Below, piece by piece: positions 1 through 11,154 of a stretch of DNA of 64,000 nucleotides. Source of the stretch: Nemertoderma westbladi (Eukaryota; Animalia; Xenacoelomorpha); contig JAUCBJ010007936.1 of assembly GCA_032718475.1 (NCBI GenBank), forward strand, positions 124,001-188,000, read 5' to 3'. Under the pieces are notes generated by a model. It worked only from the letters and a program-made list of their open reading frames with translations, searched no databases and had not been told where the DNA came from. The translations under genes and the position numbers were made by a program. The stretch's first letter is position 1. Each line of letters opens with the position of its first letter.

Positions 1-2061
1 CATAGTCTGGATGCGAGTCAGGTACTTTGAAGTGTTGCCAAGTGGTTTGAAAATCTGAATGGACTGACTCTGAAGCTTGCTCACTCCATGGTGCCAACCC
101 TTTACCTCTTGACTCCACAAATTCCTCGATATGAAAAAAACAGTGTGTACCTTTGGGGTCAAACTAATTCCAAGATCAATATAGCTATTCTTGAATTGAG
201 CTATTTTATCCTTGTAGCCAACTTCTAGTTCGTGTCCAAAGCAAGATGAAACCACACTATCAAAGGCACGAAATGCTGCTACATATTTGAAACAATGAAG
301 AGGGACCAAGGATGACAACAGATCAATGGAACGGAGAAGCTTTCGAGAAGAATTTCCATTAAACTGTCCCCCATGATACGCCTCCCGTTCAACATTACAT
401 GTTGAAGCCCATGTTAAAGCCTCTGGCCACTCTTTGGCCATGCTATTAAACATTGCATTGACAGTCCCAAGCAGCAAGTGCAGCTCTGGCGGAGGTATGG
501 CGTAGATATATAGAGAGATAATGGAATATGTACAACATTGCCGAATTTATTTGCTTCTGAGCTCTTTACCCCAGCAGTAAACCAACTCCAGAATTTATCT
601 TCTATATTTTGAAGCGTCCTTAGCTGGCATGATCCTTGTGAAAGCTGAGATTTATGTACATCGCACCAGCTGCAAGGATGATTTGATCCATGAGCCATTA
701 GCCCTAACAGTAGATTTGCCAGTTTCAAGTCGGTTGCAATTATTTGATTATCCAGAGGGGAGTCCACAAGTTTGAGCTGCATCCAAATCTTAAGAAGGTT
801 GGCATAGCTCTCTTCAACATCTGGAGCAATAAATACGATAAACAGTTTCTTTACCCCTGACAGTTTAAACTTTTTAGCTGTAGTCATTCCATCTGCTACA
901 TAACTTAGTCATAACTACATTTCTTAGACGATGGTAAATGTGTACTACTATCATCATCAATGCTGAAAAGGTTCAAGCAAACTTTTATAAATCCACCGCC
1001 TCCATCAATGCCTACTTTTGATACTATATCTGACTCAGATTGGGTTCATAGCTCCTGCACAGTTGATATTAGTTTACGAATATCAGTACAAAAAACTACT
1101 GACTTTGAAGTTACATCCGGTAGCTCCTCTGATGGACTCTTCTTAGTAAAATATAACTGAGTTAGAGAGAAGTGTTCATCCAAGCGGTGATTTCGTTCTT
1201 GAAGCTTTTCCTGTAGGTGAGATTCTATAATATTACGATCTTTTAAGGCACTTCGTAGATGAGAAGCAACTCCCAACATCTTCCTTGTGCTAAACCCATT
1301 GGCTACTTGAATATTTGAGAAAAGTTCAGCTGAAAGGTTCTTTCCAACTTCAGAAGGATTATGAGTTTTACCTACCGTAAGTTTAAAAGGACACCCAGTG
1401 CTAGTTGAAAGAGAAACAACATTTCTTGATGTAGAACACGAAATGTCGGCTTCTGAGTTTCTGATTGACACTTATTCTCTAATTATTTTTGCAGCTATCT
1501 TTTGCTTTGCCGAGGGGGTTCCCTGCTCAGCCAGTTGAACAATGTTTTTGTTGCAGGTGGATTTTGTGCACAAATGATCCTTTCCAATCCCTATAACTGT
1601 CAGACACTTTCTGCAGAGCATTATAGGTTGTGGTCGTTGTTCCCATCCTGGTTTTGCACCACATGATGATGGTCGACCACGTCGTTTCTTGGTAGAAGTT
1701 ATCACTCTAGGTGCTGCAGATACTGCAGTAATCTCGCAAACAAGGCAATTACAGCCAGAAGGTTGCAACTTCGATCGAGTGTGATAAATATCGGCAATTT
1801 TAGAATGATCAAAACTGATAGCGATCTCTCAAACTTACCATGCCCATATTCATGTACAACTTGCCGGCAAGTAGCACAAACTGCAATAGGTAGCCTTTTA
1901 TCATCCGGATCATAATTAGTCAAAACAAATTCTGATATTAGTTCCAGTAAGTTACTTCCAACCGGTCTCATATCCTTACTCTTTCCCATGCAAATAAGAC
2001 AAACTGCAAGGCGACTGTCTTCATGCGATCGGGCTGTCTGAGCATGAGATGTTGAGGCCAT
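1..2061 (-). pseudogene. Decayed Chapaev/Transib-like (RAG1-related) DDE transposase, frameshifted, running off the left edge
   Basis: ORF 1702-2061 has a Chapa-like zinc finger (HEDSRLAVCLIC...D...P...CATC). ORF 414-887 has DLKLANLLLGL..H.S.HPCSWC. Manual minus-strand translation of 1-410 gives GQFNGNSSRKL, TPKVH..F and WSEQASESVH, resembling the RAG1/Transib/Chapaev C-terminal catalytic region. TIRs not seen. Confidence 0.65.
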
Positions 2062-2074
2062 GTATTGCTGGTGC

Positions 2075-5000
2075 CGTATCTACTGATTTGTCTACGTAAG
2101 CACAGGATAAAGCTATTCATGGAGATTTCGTTAACCATATCCAGCTGTACGGCGCTACACATCATGCAGACGAAGATGACGCACCACCTCTTAACCATGG
2201 TTCGAGCCCTCTTGACTTCTATTGGTCAGAATAAGTCTACACCTGTGTGTGTAAAGGGGGGCTCGTAGCAGCTAAAGCATTCCTTAGGTAAGGGAGCTTC
2301 TAACTGAGTCATGGTTTTGCAATACAGTTTCTTACAGGGTAAACAGCTGCGCAGAACTTTATTTAAGGTTTTGCTGGGTTTTACAAAGTAATACCTAGTG
2401 CGTATTTCACTAAGTATGTGTTCCCTTCCGGCGTGCAACAGCTGATTGTGCATATCCTGTATTATATACCATTGTATGACAGGATCGTAGATATTAATGG
2501 AAATATCGTGTCGCGGGAAAGGGGAGCATTTGTGAGTCTACCTCCCACTCTAACTAGGCTGTCAAACATAACACTGGAGAATTTGTCGTTTGACTGTGAG
2601 GCGGGGTTCTTAAGGTGATATTCGTAAGTCGGAGCCTTTTCCTGCATTTGGGATAGTCAAAGTAGCTGTCTGTTGGTATAGTCCACCTCATGCTCCAATA
2701 ATCTACCTTGGGTAATTTTGTTTTTATTTCAGCGGTGGTACACATAATGCTTTAGTATGGTAACAGCATGGCAAAGTTTGTTCCAGGAACTATAGTGATC
2801 CATGGCCCTGCTAATAAGAGAAGAAAGACCGTTAGTCAAGTCTGGAATGGAGAGGGTAATTAGGGCCTCACTATCTGAGGGGCTCGGTGGGTTCACACTC
2901 TCGCGCATATGCAGCGAAGATATGTCGACGCTTTTAAATAACTTCGATTTGGATGCTTTAATCTTAGATTTTGCGATTTCCGCGCCCTTCACTTGCTGTC
3001 TTATCTCCGCAGGCGTCAGATTTTTGGGCCAACTATCTTCTGGGCCTTGCAAAAAGGCAGGTCCCTGCAACCAACATTTGGTATTTATTAGCTCCTGAGG
3101 AGTGGTGCCACGAGAAGCAATGTCAGCTGGGTTTAACAATCCAATGCAGTATCTCCACCCTTTGACATCAGTGTCCTTCAAGATTCGCGCTACATGGTTT
3201 GTCACATACACGTTGAACTGACATGTTCTGTTGGTCAGATATTCTAAAACTAACTCAGCGTCTGTCCAGTAAACTGTCCTTACTACTATATAGTCTGTCT
3301 GCGCCAACACGTTTTTGGCAATGATGGTAGCGTATACGGTTGCCTTAAGTTCGGCTCTTGGTATAGTCAAAGTGTCTTTGGTTTTGGCAATTGGCCTAAT
3401 AAGGGCTTTCAAAGCAACTAAAGCTACTGTGATACCGTTTGGGGTTTCACATCGAAAGTAGGCTACAATCCCAACGCCCTTGTCGCTCGTGTCACTGAAT
3501 ACATGGAGTTCGTAGGTCTGCAGGGAGTCTACATTTGGGAAATATGCTCTGGGTAGGGAAAACTTATCCAAGTCGGGCAAGGACTGTTCCCATCGCCACC
3601 AGTCTTCCAATAGTATCCCAGTCAAGGGGTCGTCCTAACTATCATTCTCCTTCCACATTCGCTGAATGAGATCTCGAACCAGTAATATAACTGGGCTGAT
3701 AAATCCAAGTCAAGATAAGGATGAGGGTCAAAATAAGTACTGAGTATGCTGATACAAATATGTTTGGTTCGAGTATCGCCCTTTCTTAACTTGACTTTGA
3801 ATACCATAGTATCGCTTTCTGTTAGCCAACGAAGACCTAATGTCTTAGTCTCTGGTAGGTTGTCCTTGTTTAAATCTAGTTCGGTATTGCCATGCTCGGC
3901 AGGGGGTATGGCCTTTAAAAACTCACAGGAATTGCTAGTGAATTTTGTCAGGCGAAATCCTCCAAGTTTCAGGCAGTTTACTGTCCCTTGAGCAATGTCT
4001 ATTGCTTCCTTTACTGGTCGGGGCTGATTTCAAGTTATCGTCCATGTAAATATCCCATTTGATATTATCTATGATTGATGGTGGAAATTCATCCCGATGG
4101 TCATCAGCTGTTCGATGTAGCACTGAACGTGAGTTCGATGGGCTGGAGATTATACCAAATGCCTGAATGGTCATACAATACTCTACTGGATCTGAATTTA
4201 GGTCTCATTCTGTCACCACAAGAAACGCATGCTGTCCTGGTCAATGTGTAAAGCTTTCACTTGCAGAAACATACCCTCTATGTCTGAAGCGAAGGTGACG
4301 GCATATTGTCACATACCCATTAATATTCCGGGTATAGACTGCAACAAGTTGGGTTCCGGGCAACAGTTCCGAGTTAAGGGATTGTCCTTGATATCTAGCT
4401 GAACCGTCGAACACTACTCTAATATGTTCTGGTTTGTCCTCCCGTCGGTTAGATACGAGCTTTGATCATTCTGATGTACGGTATTCTCAGCATGAATACC
4501 ACTCACATCAGAGGCACGTTTTATAATTTTTACACCCTGTGACACTGCTTGCGAGTCGACTTTCTTATCTGTTAGGATGAGATGGTCTTGTATTAAGTCC
4601 ATTTGTTGCTCCAAGTCATCAGTTCTTTGTAATCAAATCATAGAATCAAAGTATCAAAGAATCATTTTTTTGTATTAAAGAATCATTTCTTTGTAATAAA
4701 GAATCAATGATTTCTTGGGAGTCGTTGCTGTTCTGAGGTCTGGGTTGCCTGATGTTTTGTGCATAATGGTCAACGTTATGTAGGCTGGGATCTAACGGGG
4801 GTGCAAAAGCCTCTGAAGTTGAAGGAGGGTCACCTTGGGGGAATGCTTTACCTGGGATGTCTGGTGCAAACCTAACTCCATTTCCTGGGTAGACTTCCCT
4901 TTGCCCATCAGGGGGGGCTGATATCTGTCCGCCGGATGATAATGGTGTTCCTGATCCTGGATGCCGGTTCCCCACTGCCGACGCTTTTGCAGTTAAGTGG

Positions 5001-5261
5001 GCCGATCAAGGCGCCAGGTGCCTATCATCCAGTTGGTTTTGATGGTTGTAGTATATTGTCGAGCGGGGATTCATATCATCCCTAGATGTCAATTTATTAT
5101 TGTTTCCTCCTTCATTACCGGGGGGTATAGCGTGTGATAATTTGGGATTTTCTCCCCAGCTGGTGATTGGGGATATTCCAGTGCCGAATAACATTCTGTC
5201 ATCCTTTGTCCTGGCTGGCTAAGGTACTAGACAGGTAGTTAGGTCTGGGGTGTTCTATATA
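2075..5261 (-). mobile_element. Old Bel/Pao LTR retrotransposon (element C), decayed pol half
   Basis: Fragmented ORFs: RT 3935-4174 (DIYMDD); Pao RNase H/peptidase A17 region 2729-3625 (LHVFSD, YWTD, NPADIASRG); integrase zinc finger and core start 2226-2453 (H..LLHAG, C..C, PPFTHTGVDLF). Left boundary approximate. Confidence 0.8.
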
Positions 5262-6829
5262 GAGCACCGAATGCAGACTGGACAGACTGATGAGGTTCTG
5301 ATTAAGGACATGGGGGCGGTTGGCGACTCGCCCTCGCATCAGCAGATGATAGTGGCAATGGTGGAATTGGTCTATTGATGAATCCAACTGCACATGCAGC
5401 ATTGGACAAAATAGACCAAATCTCTAACCGCATCATCCGTTGCCACTTCTCATGTTCTGGAAGACTGGCTAAGAAGTTTCCTAAGGTGGTTCTGATTGTG
5501 TGCTACTCTCCAACTAGTGTTGCCCCTGTAGAGGAGGTGGAAAATTTCTACCACAATCTACAAGCAGCTACTGATGGAGTGGATCAGCATGCATTCTTAA
5601 CATTCCTGGGAGACTTCAATGCAAGTCTGCATCAATCACCTACATCGCCCTGGGTCTATAGCAATAGTGTTAACCGAAATTCTGTCCATCTTCAGGATTT
5701 TATCTCTGGAAATGGATTGTTTTCGGCTGGAACCCAGTTCAAGAAGCAAACTGGAAAGCTATGGACTCATAGTGGACCCAGTGGTCACAAGTCCCAGATA
5801 GACCATATTCTGTTTCGTAGGAAATATAGGAGCTCTATACAAGACTGTAATGCATTTACACTTCGACCCTTCTCCAGTGATCACCGCCTTATTGTGGCCA
5901 AGGTAAGACTTAGTCTGCGTTCTAGCAGAACAACAAAATCTGCCTTGCTGCGGCATGACTGGTCCTCTCTGTTGCAACAGCCAAGTGTGAGATCCAGCTT
6001 CACACTACAGCTGAGCAACAGGTATGAGGCTCTTGCCTCTGAGGCGGCAGATCACTGTGAGGGCTATACTGCCTTTACAGAAGCAGTTAAGTTAGCAGCT
6101 GCAGAAACAGTTCCTGTATACCCTCGAAACAGGAAAAGGGCCCCCTGGACTGACAACAAAATTCAGAAGTGCTGAAATGACCTTCATAAGGCGCAGAAAG
6201 AGTCCCGACTCAAACAGACTACAGCGGTCAAGAATGCAGTTAAGGCTGCATCTAGGTCCCTGAACAGGCAGTACTCTGCTAATCTACAGGAGCTAATAAA
6301 CCAACAGGTTGATGCCATCAATGATGCTGACGACAGCAGGCAATCATCCCAGGCATGGAAATTGATCAATCTGCTTACTGGGCGGAAAAGCCAACCAACC
6401 ACCAAGGTTAAGGCTGATTCACCAGCCGATCGCCTCAATGGTTGGAAAACCAACTTTGAAAAGCTCCTCAATAATGACAGGGTATTGCCTGATAACTTTA
6501 TAGAAGTAAAAGTGTCTGAGTCTGTACTCCCAGATATTCCCATTGGCGATATCTCCTTTGCAGAAGTGAAGGCTGCTGCAAAGAGCATTAAGACCAATCG
6601 TGCCAGTGGAGTAGATGGTGTTCCCCATGAGGTCTTTAAAATACCTGAGTGTTTAAAGCTCATCTATCCCATCATAGTAGACATGTACCGAACAACAAGA
6701 GTCCCACAAGAAATGAAAACAAATAAGTTGGTGCCAGTTCCCAAGAAGGGTAACCTAACACTCTATGGTTCTTTTCAGGGAATCTCATTGATCTCAATTG
6801 CTGCAAAGCTATACAATAGGATACAATAG
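5262..6829 (+). pseudogene. RTE LINE apurinic-like endonuclease and RT N-terminus
   Basis: EHR, YSPT, GDFNA, WT...SQIDHIL and SDH endonuclease motifs (ORF 5375-6175); after a stop, ORF 6362-6829 has RASGVDG, PVPKKG, ISLISIAAKLY. Confidence 0.9.
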
Positions 6830-6831
6830 GA

Positions 6832-7343
6832 CCACCCCTCACGAACCCCGAAGGGAACGATCATCGAGAACCAGCACGGCTTGGCTAAGGGTCGGTCCAG
6901 TCGGTAGACTCTGTCGCGTATCCGTACCACCCCTCTCGAACCCCGAAGGGATCGGTCATCGAGAACCGGTACGGCTTGGCTAGGAGTCTGTCGTGTCGGT
7001 GGACCCGTTCGCGTGTCCGTTCCACCCCTCACGAACCCCAAAGGGTTCGATCATCGAGAACCAGAACGGCTTGGCTAGGGGTCCGTCGGTTCATCGCAGA
7101 AACCCAACCACCTAGGCTTTCCGAGTCCCTTTCAGGCTCGTAGTCGCTTCGGCAGCCGAGAAACTGCTCCGAACAGTCGGTAGGCCAGTAGAGTCTAGTC
7201 CTTTGTCTTTCGACCCCGTCGCGTGTCCGTTCCACCCCTCACGAACCCCGAAGTGAACGATCATCGAGAACCAGTACGGCTTGGCTAAGGGGTCTGTTGT
7301 CGGTTCCCGTCGCAGATCCCCGGTACAAGCAGTCAGCGTTCCG
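6832..7343 (-). repeat. Element A 3' LTR, left part (first ~100 bp deleted)
   Basis: Near-identical to 31993-32504; interrupted by element B at TTCCG. Confidence 0.9.
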
Positions 7344-7890
7344 TGTGACGGGATCCAAGAGGGATCCCGGTTTATCCGGTTTTAGTTCACGCGTCCCCGC
7401 CGTGTATAAAGAGTGAAATGAGTTCTGATGTTGTTTGTCGTATATAATATAATATGTGGATATAGATATAGATATAGTATGAGATAATATTGTCGTATAC
7501 GGAAGGCGGGATACGGTAACTAAAGTCCCGGTCCTTCCCTATCTAAAACTATGTAATAACCTAACTAGCACCGGTATTGCACTGAGATAACTGAATTGGT
7601 ATTATTACTGCCAAGTGGCTATATTGCACGGTTGGCCTTGTTACTCTACCTAATCGATGCCTTTCCCCCCTCTGATTGGTTGATACCCTTGTTGGCGCCC
7701 TTTGGAGTGTTCCCGTTCACTCCACCTATTCTCTCTGGGTTAGGGGTTTGGCCCCTGACCCTCTTTGTGTGCTTCCTTCCCACTCTTATTGGGATGGCAC
7801 GAGTTGGTTAATTACCCAATCTCGTGGCTCCCAATATTGCTTATCGGCTTATAACTTTATGGGGTGTTAGCGGGATTGAATAAGCTAACA
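7344..7890 (-). repeat. Element B 3' LTR
   Basis: TGTGAC...CTAACA; direct repeat of 21045-21591; adjacent to PPT. Confidence 0.95.
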
Positions 7891-8603
7891 CTCCCCCCCA
7901 TGCTATCTTCCCGGTAAGAAGATAGCATCAACCAAAAAAGTGCGCTACAATCCCGCTGGATCCCGATCTAGTATCGGGTGTGGGGTGGAATTCTTTTCTC
8001 TCGGAGTCGGCTTTCCAGGCCGCCCCCTATGGGTATGATAACGCTACCCTGTGTGCCTGGCGTCTCATGTCGGGCCGATCGCGCTCACCTCTCACGCAAC
8101 TTTTGTTTCCCCAACACTTCCGCCCTATCTCTTCTTCACTCTCACCCTAACTCTCTCACACTCGGACCTCCTCGTCCCTCACTCAGCCTCTTATTCTCCC
8201 CCCCCCCACACTAGAATTGCGTCCGCACTCTCTCCGCACTCCGCACTATTATTCCGTCCCTCAACCTCACTTCGACTGTCTCTTCCCTTCTGACGAATCT
8301 CCCCCCCCCCCTCTCGTGCCGTCGCACTCAAGAAGTGTGAAATTGTCTGGTGTCTCGTCCATAGTGCCATAGTCAGTTATCCCCCAGTCCCAGTAGCTAA
8401 TTGAGAAAGGTTGTATGACTATAGTACTTACTCCGAACGTATATATTTCTAGATTACTAATTACTACGTACGTACATACAAATTGCACTTATATGATTAT
8501 TTTGCATTAATTAAATTTGTACTTAATAGTTCGTACATCCCACGCGGCGCCTTCCAGGCGTACCACGTCCAAGTCCCAGTCTCTCTCCCTCGACTCTGGG
8601 AAC

Positions 8604-10253
8604 CTATCTGTTCCTCCGGGGGTAGTTCCCCCTGGCGTCCTCTTCCCTGGGTCGTTTCTTGGTTATCACCGTTCCTCTGGCATCATCCGCTTTCTGCTTT
8701 CGGACCTTCGCCGCCACTTCCTTGCTGATCCCGGTCGTTGGCTCCTTGGGCGCTGGTGTTATTAGTGCCCGATATCGCTTCGCCGGTGGCCCCTCAGAAT
8801 GGCCCGGTTGTCTCCCTCTAGTGGCGTCCCATAGGATCATTTTCATTGCCTTTGGTACGTGCTCCGCCAAGAAATCCCTAAACTCCCTTCGGTTCTCTGG
8901 CGTCCACCTGTCCAGATACCTTTGCGTGTTCATCACTCCAGCGTACGACGCCGCCGTTGCTACCTCTTGGTAGGTAAACGGTAGCCTCCGCTTTATGATT
9001 TCCATGTGAGTCTCCTGATTGATAAGGAAGAAACCCCACTTGAACTCCTGGGCCTTCATGCGCTGGCGCGTCATGGCCCCGACGTCGGCCCACTCCTCGA
9101 ATCTTGTGAACTTCTCCTCGTCGTTCATCCAGTCGCACTCGCGTCCGTAGTGTCCCCGAAAGTGGCACTTTGGACATCGGTTATGCAACCGTGGACACGC
9201 CCCCATCCTGTGGCTTGGTTCTCTGCAGTAGAGACAAAAGGTTCCCTTTTGGAACCGGTATAGGCAGCTGCTTTCCCGATGGGTCTGTCTCCCACAGTAG
9301 TCGCAGCCGAGTACCAATGTCTCCCGTCCCACCTCGTCTTTCGTCCCAAGCGATCTCCGCGGTCTGTGGAGTCGCTGGTAGGCGAACTTCTCTACGTTGG
9401 TCTCTCTATCTACGTCGATCTCTCCGCCCCTCTCGGGCATCGTCTCCCCGAATACTATCCGTGGTGCCGTCCCCGGTTGCTCGCCCAACCTGATGGTGCT
9501 CCCCGCGAAATCCATCGCCGGCTCCTCGTGCACCCAGGTCCGCTTGCCGGATCTGTTCCAGAAGGCCCTCGCCCCACTGGCCGTCACCACCCTTCCGCCA
9601 ACCCAGTCCGTGTCCGAGTGGCCTATCCTCTCGATGGGCGGCATCTCTCCGAACTCGTCGTCGTCGTCCTCCTCTTCTGGTAGTGTCTCCAATCCCGGTA
9701 TCCCGATGGATCCACTATGTCCCTTCCCGCCTTGGCTCTCGCCCGTAGCTCTCCATCCCTCTAGCTCCCTTAACTTCCTTGGCGGTTGGTCGCCCTCGGC
9801 GCCCGCTGGTATGGGCATCGTTCGCAACCCCGACGTCGACTGTTTCGGCGATCCCACCGTCCATCCCAATTCTCGCCCTAGAGACTCCCCCGAACTCCCT
9901 GACGAAGTCCAATGAAGTTCGTCTAGGCCCGCCTGTTCCTCGAAGCCGTAACTCTGTGTCCTGGCCTCCTCTTCCCTCTCCTCTGCTTCTATCCTCTCCC
10001 GTCTAGCGACTTCTTCCAGTCGCTTTGCTTCTCGTCTATCCGTCTCTAGCTGCTCCCATCTCTGATACGGTGTATCTGTCTCCCCGTCTACCAGATGTCG
10101 GCTGTTGTAGTACACCGACTCGCCCTTCAGCCCCGGGTGGTCTACCAGACCGTCAAAGGCCACTTTAAAGGCTCTCCTGTAGCTTAGGGGTGATCCCGAT
10201 AACAGAAATGCCCCTGGTTCCCTCTCGATAATCACGGTCATGAATAAGTTCAA
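8604..10253 (-). CDS. Element B cargo, C-terminal part: acidic/disordered linker plus triple zinc-knuckle module
   Basis: CDYCGRQTHRESSC, CLYCREPSHRMGAC and CPKCHFRGHYGREC (three CX2CX4HX4C); homologous to ORF 22129-23700; overlaps the exonuclease ORF by a one-base frame change near 10254. Confidence 0.8.
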   Translation of the reverse strand: MNLFMTVIIEREPGAFLLSGSPLSYRRAFKVAFDGLVDHPGLKGESVYYNSRHLVDGETDTPYQRWEQLETDRREAKRLEEVARRERIEAEEREEEARTQSYGFEEQAGLDELHWTSSGSSGESLGRELGWTVGSPKQSTSGLRTMPIPAGAEGDQPPRKLRELEGWRATGESQGGKGHSGSIGIPGLETLPEEEDDDDEFGEMPPIERIGHSDTDWVGGRVVTASGARAFWNRSGKRTWVHEEPAMDFAGSTIRLGEQPGTAPRIVFGETMPERGGEIDVDRETNVEKFAYQRLHRPRRSLGTKDEVGRETLVLGCDYCGRQTHRESSCLYRFQKGTFCLYCREPSHRMGACPRLHNRCPKCHFRGHYGRECDWMNDEEKFTRFEEWADVGAMTRQRMKAQEFKWGFFLINQETHMEIIKRRLPFTYQEVATAASYAGVMNTQRYLDRWTPENRREFRDFLAEHVPKAMKMILWDATRGRQPGHSEGPPAKRYRALITPAPKEPTTGISKEVAAKVRKQKADDARGTVITKKRPREEDARGNYPRRNR

Positions 10254-11154
10254 GCAAACTTATCATCATCCAGTCCTCCTGCAGGATATATCGCTTCTGA
10301 TATACCTTTATCGCTCCCCTGCGGAACTGATATACCTCCTGCTTTCCCGGTCTCGCTCCCCACTTTAGCGAGTTCGCTAGTTCTGCTCCGTATTCTTCCC
10401 TAAACTTCCCCCAGTCCATTGGTTTGTGGCATACGAGCCCCAATAATTGGCCCATCGCCACCGCCCCGCATTGGCCTGTGTTTCCGACTACCCCCAATCC
10501 ATCCGGTGCCGTCATAGCCATAAAGACTTTCTGCATATCCAGGAGGTTGGTGGCGTCCGGACCGATGATCCTCTCCGCGTCCTCGCGAATCGCCGATCCC
10601 ACTTTCGTCGTCGACTTCTCTCTTACTAAGACTTGTACCGCTTTCGGTAATCGGTCTAATTTCGGCCCGTCCTTCTTCCCATACGTCCCTAGGTCGAATA
10701 AGAAGATGTCCCCATTTGGCGCGGCCAAATGTAGGAGTATGGTCCTGGCCGACCCTGCCGTTCCTCGTCTCGAACCCGCCTCGTCTTCCACGGTTCCCTC
10801 GTCATCTAGGATCATATATCCTCCTCTGTTGACGGACTCTATGAATCTCTTCCAGTCCTTCCTCGGTGATTCCCTCGGGTATTTCGGAATCCCGAACTTC
10901 GCCTCGTCCCCTTTCACCACGTAGTGGAAGTGTTGGAAGATCGCGTTGTCCAGCGACGGGGTCCCGTAGGTCCCGACCAGCTGCTGTTCGTGCGCCTCCC
11001 GGAAGTGATCCTGCAGCGCTCGTGCCGCGTGACCCCTTTCCAACCTCTCGTAGTATCCTCTCGTCTTCTCTTCCGGATGCCTCTCGGTGAAATCCACCAG
11101 TATCTCCTTTCCTCCTGACTCCGCCTTTCTCTTTCTGATCAACTTACTCGCCAT
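10165..11154 (-). CDS. Element B cargo, N-terminal part: DEDDy (WRN/EXD/MUT-7-like) 3'-5' exonuclease domain
   Basis: ExoI ILDDEG; LLHLA..GDIFLFDL; LPKAVQVLV..KSTTKVGSAIRED (ExoII); NLLDMQ; ExoIII-like QKRYILQED. Confidence 0.75.
   Translation of the reverse strand: MASKLIRKRKAESGGKEILVDFTERHPEEKTRGYYERLERGHAARALQDHFREAHEQQLVGTYGTPSLDNAIFQHFHYVVKGDEAKFGIPKYPRESPRKDWKRFIESVNRGGYMILDDEGTVEDEAGSRRGTAGSARTILLHLAAPNGDIFLFDLGTYGKKDGPKLDRLPKAVQVLVREKSTTKVGSAIREDAERIIGPDATNLLDMQKVFMAMTAPDGLGVVGNTGQCGAVAMGQLLGLVCHKPMDWGKFREEYGAELANSLKWGARPGKQEVYQFRRGAIKVYQKRYILQEDWMMISLLELIHDRDYREGTRGISVIGITPKLQESL

Noticed and set aside
7596-7870. Small hydrophobic ORFs duplicated at 21297-21571 (likewise 6775-7235 vs 31909-32396)
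   Set aside because: Lie inside LTRs, mostly non-ATG starts; duplication is explained by the LTRs.
8604-11154. env gene
   Set aside because: No signal peptide, transmembrane helix or fusion-protein pattern; motifs are exonuclease and zinc knuckle.
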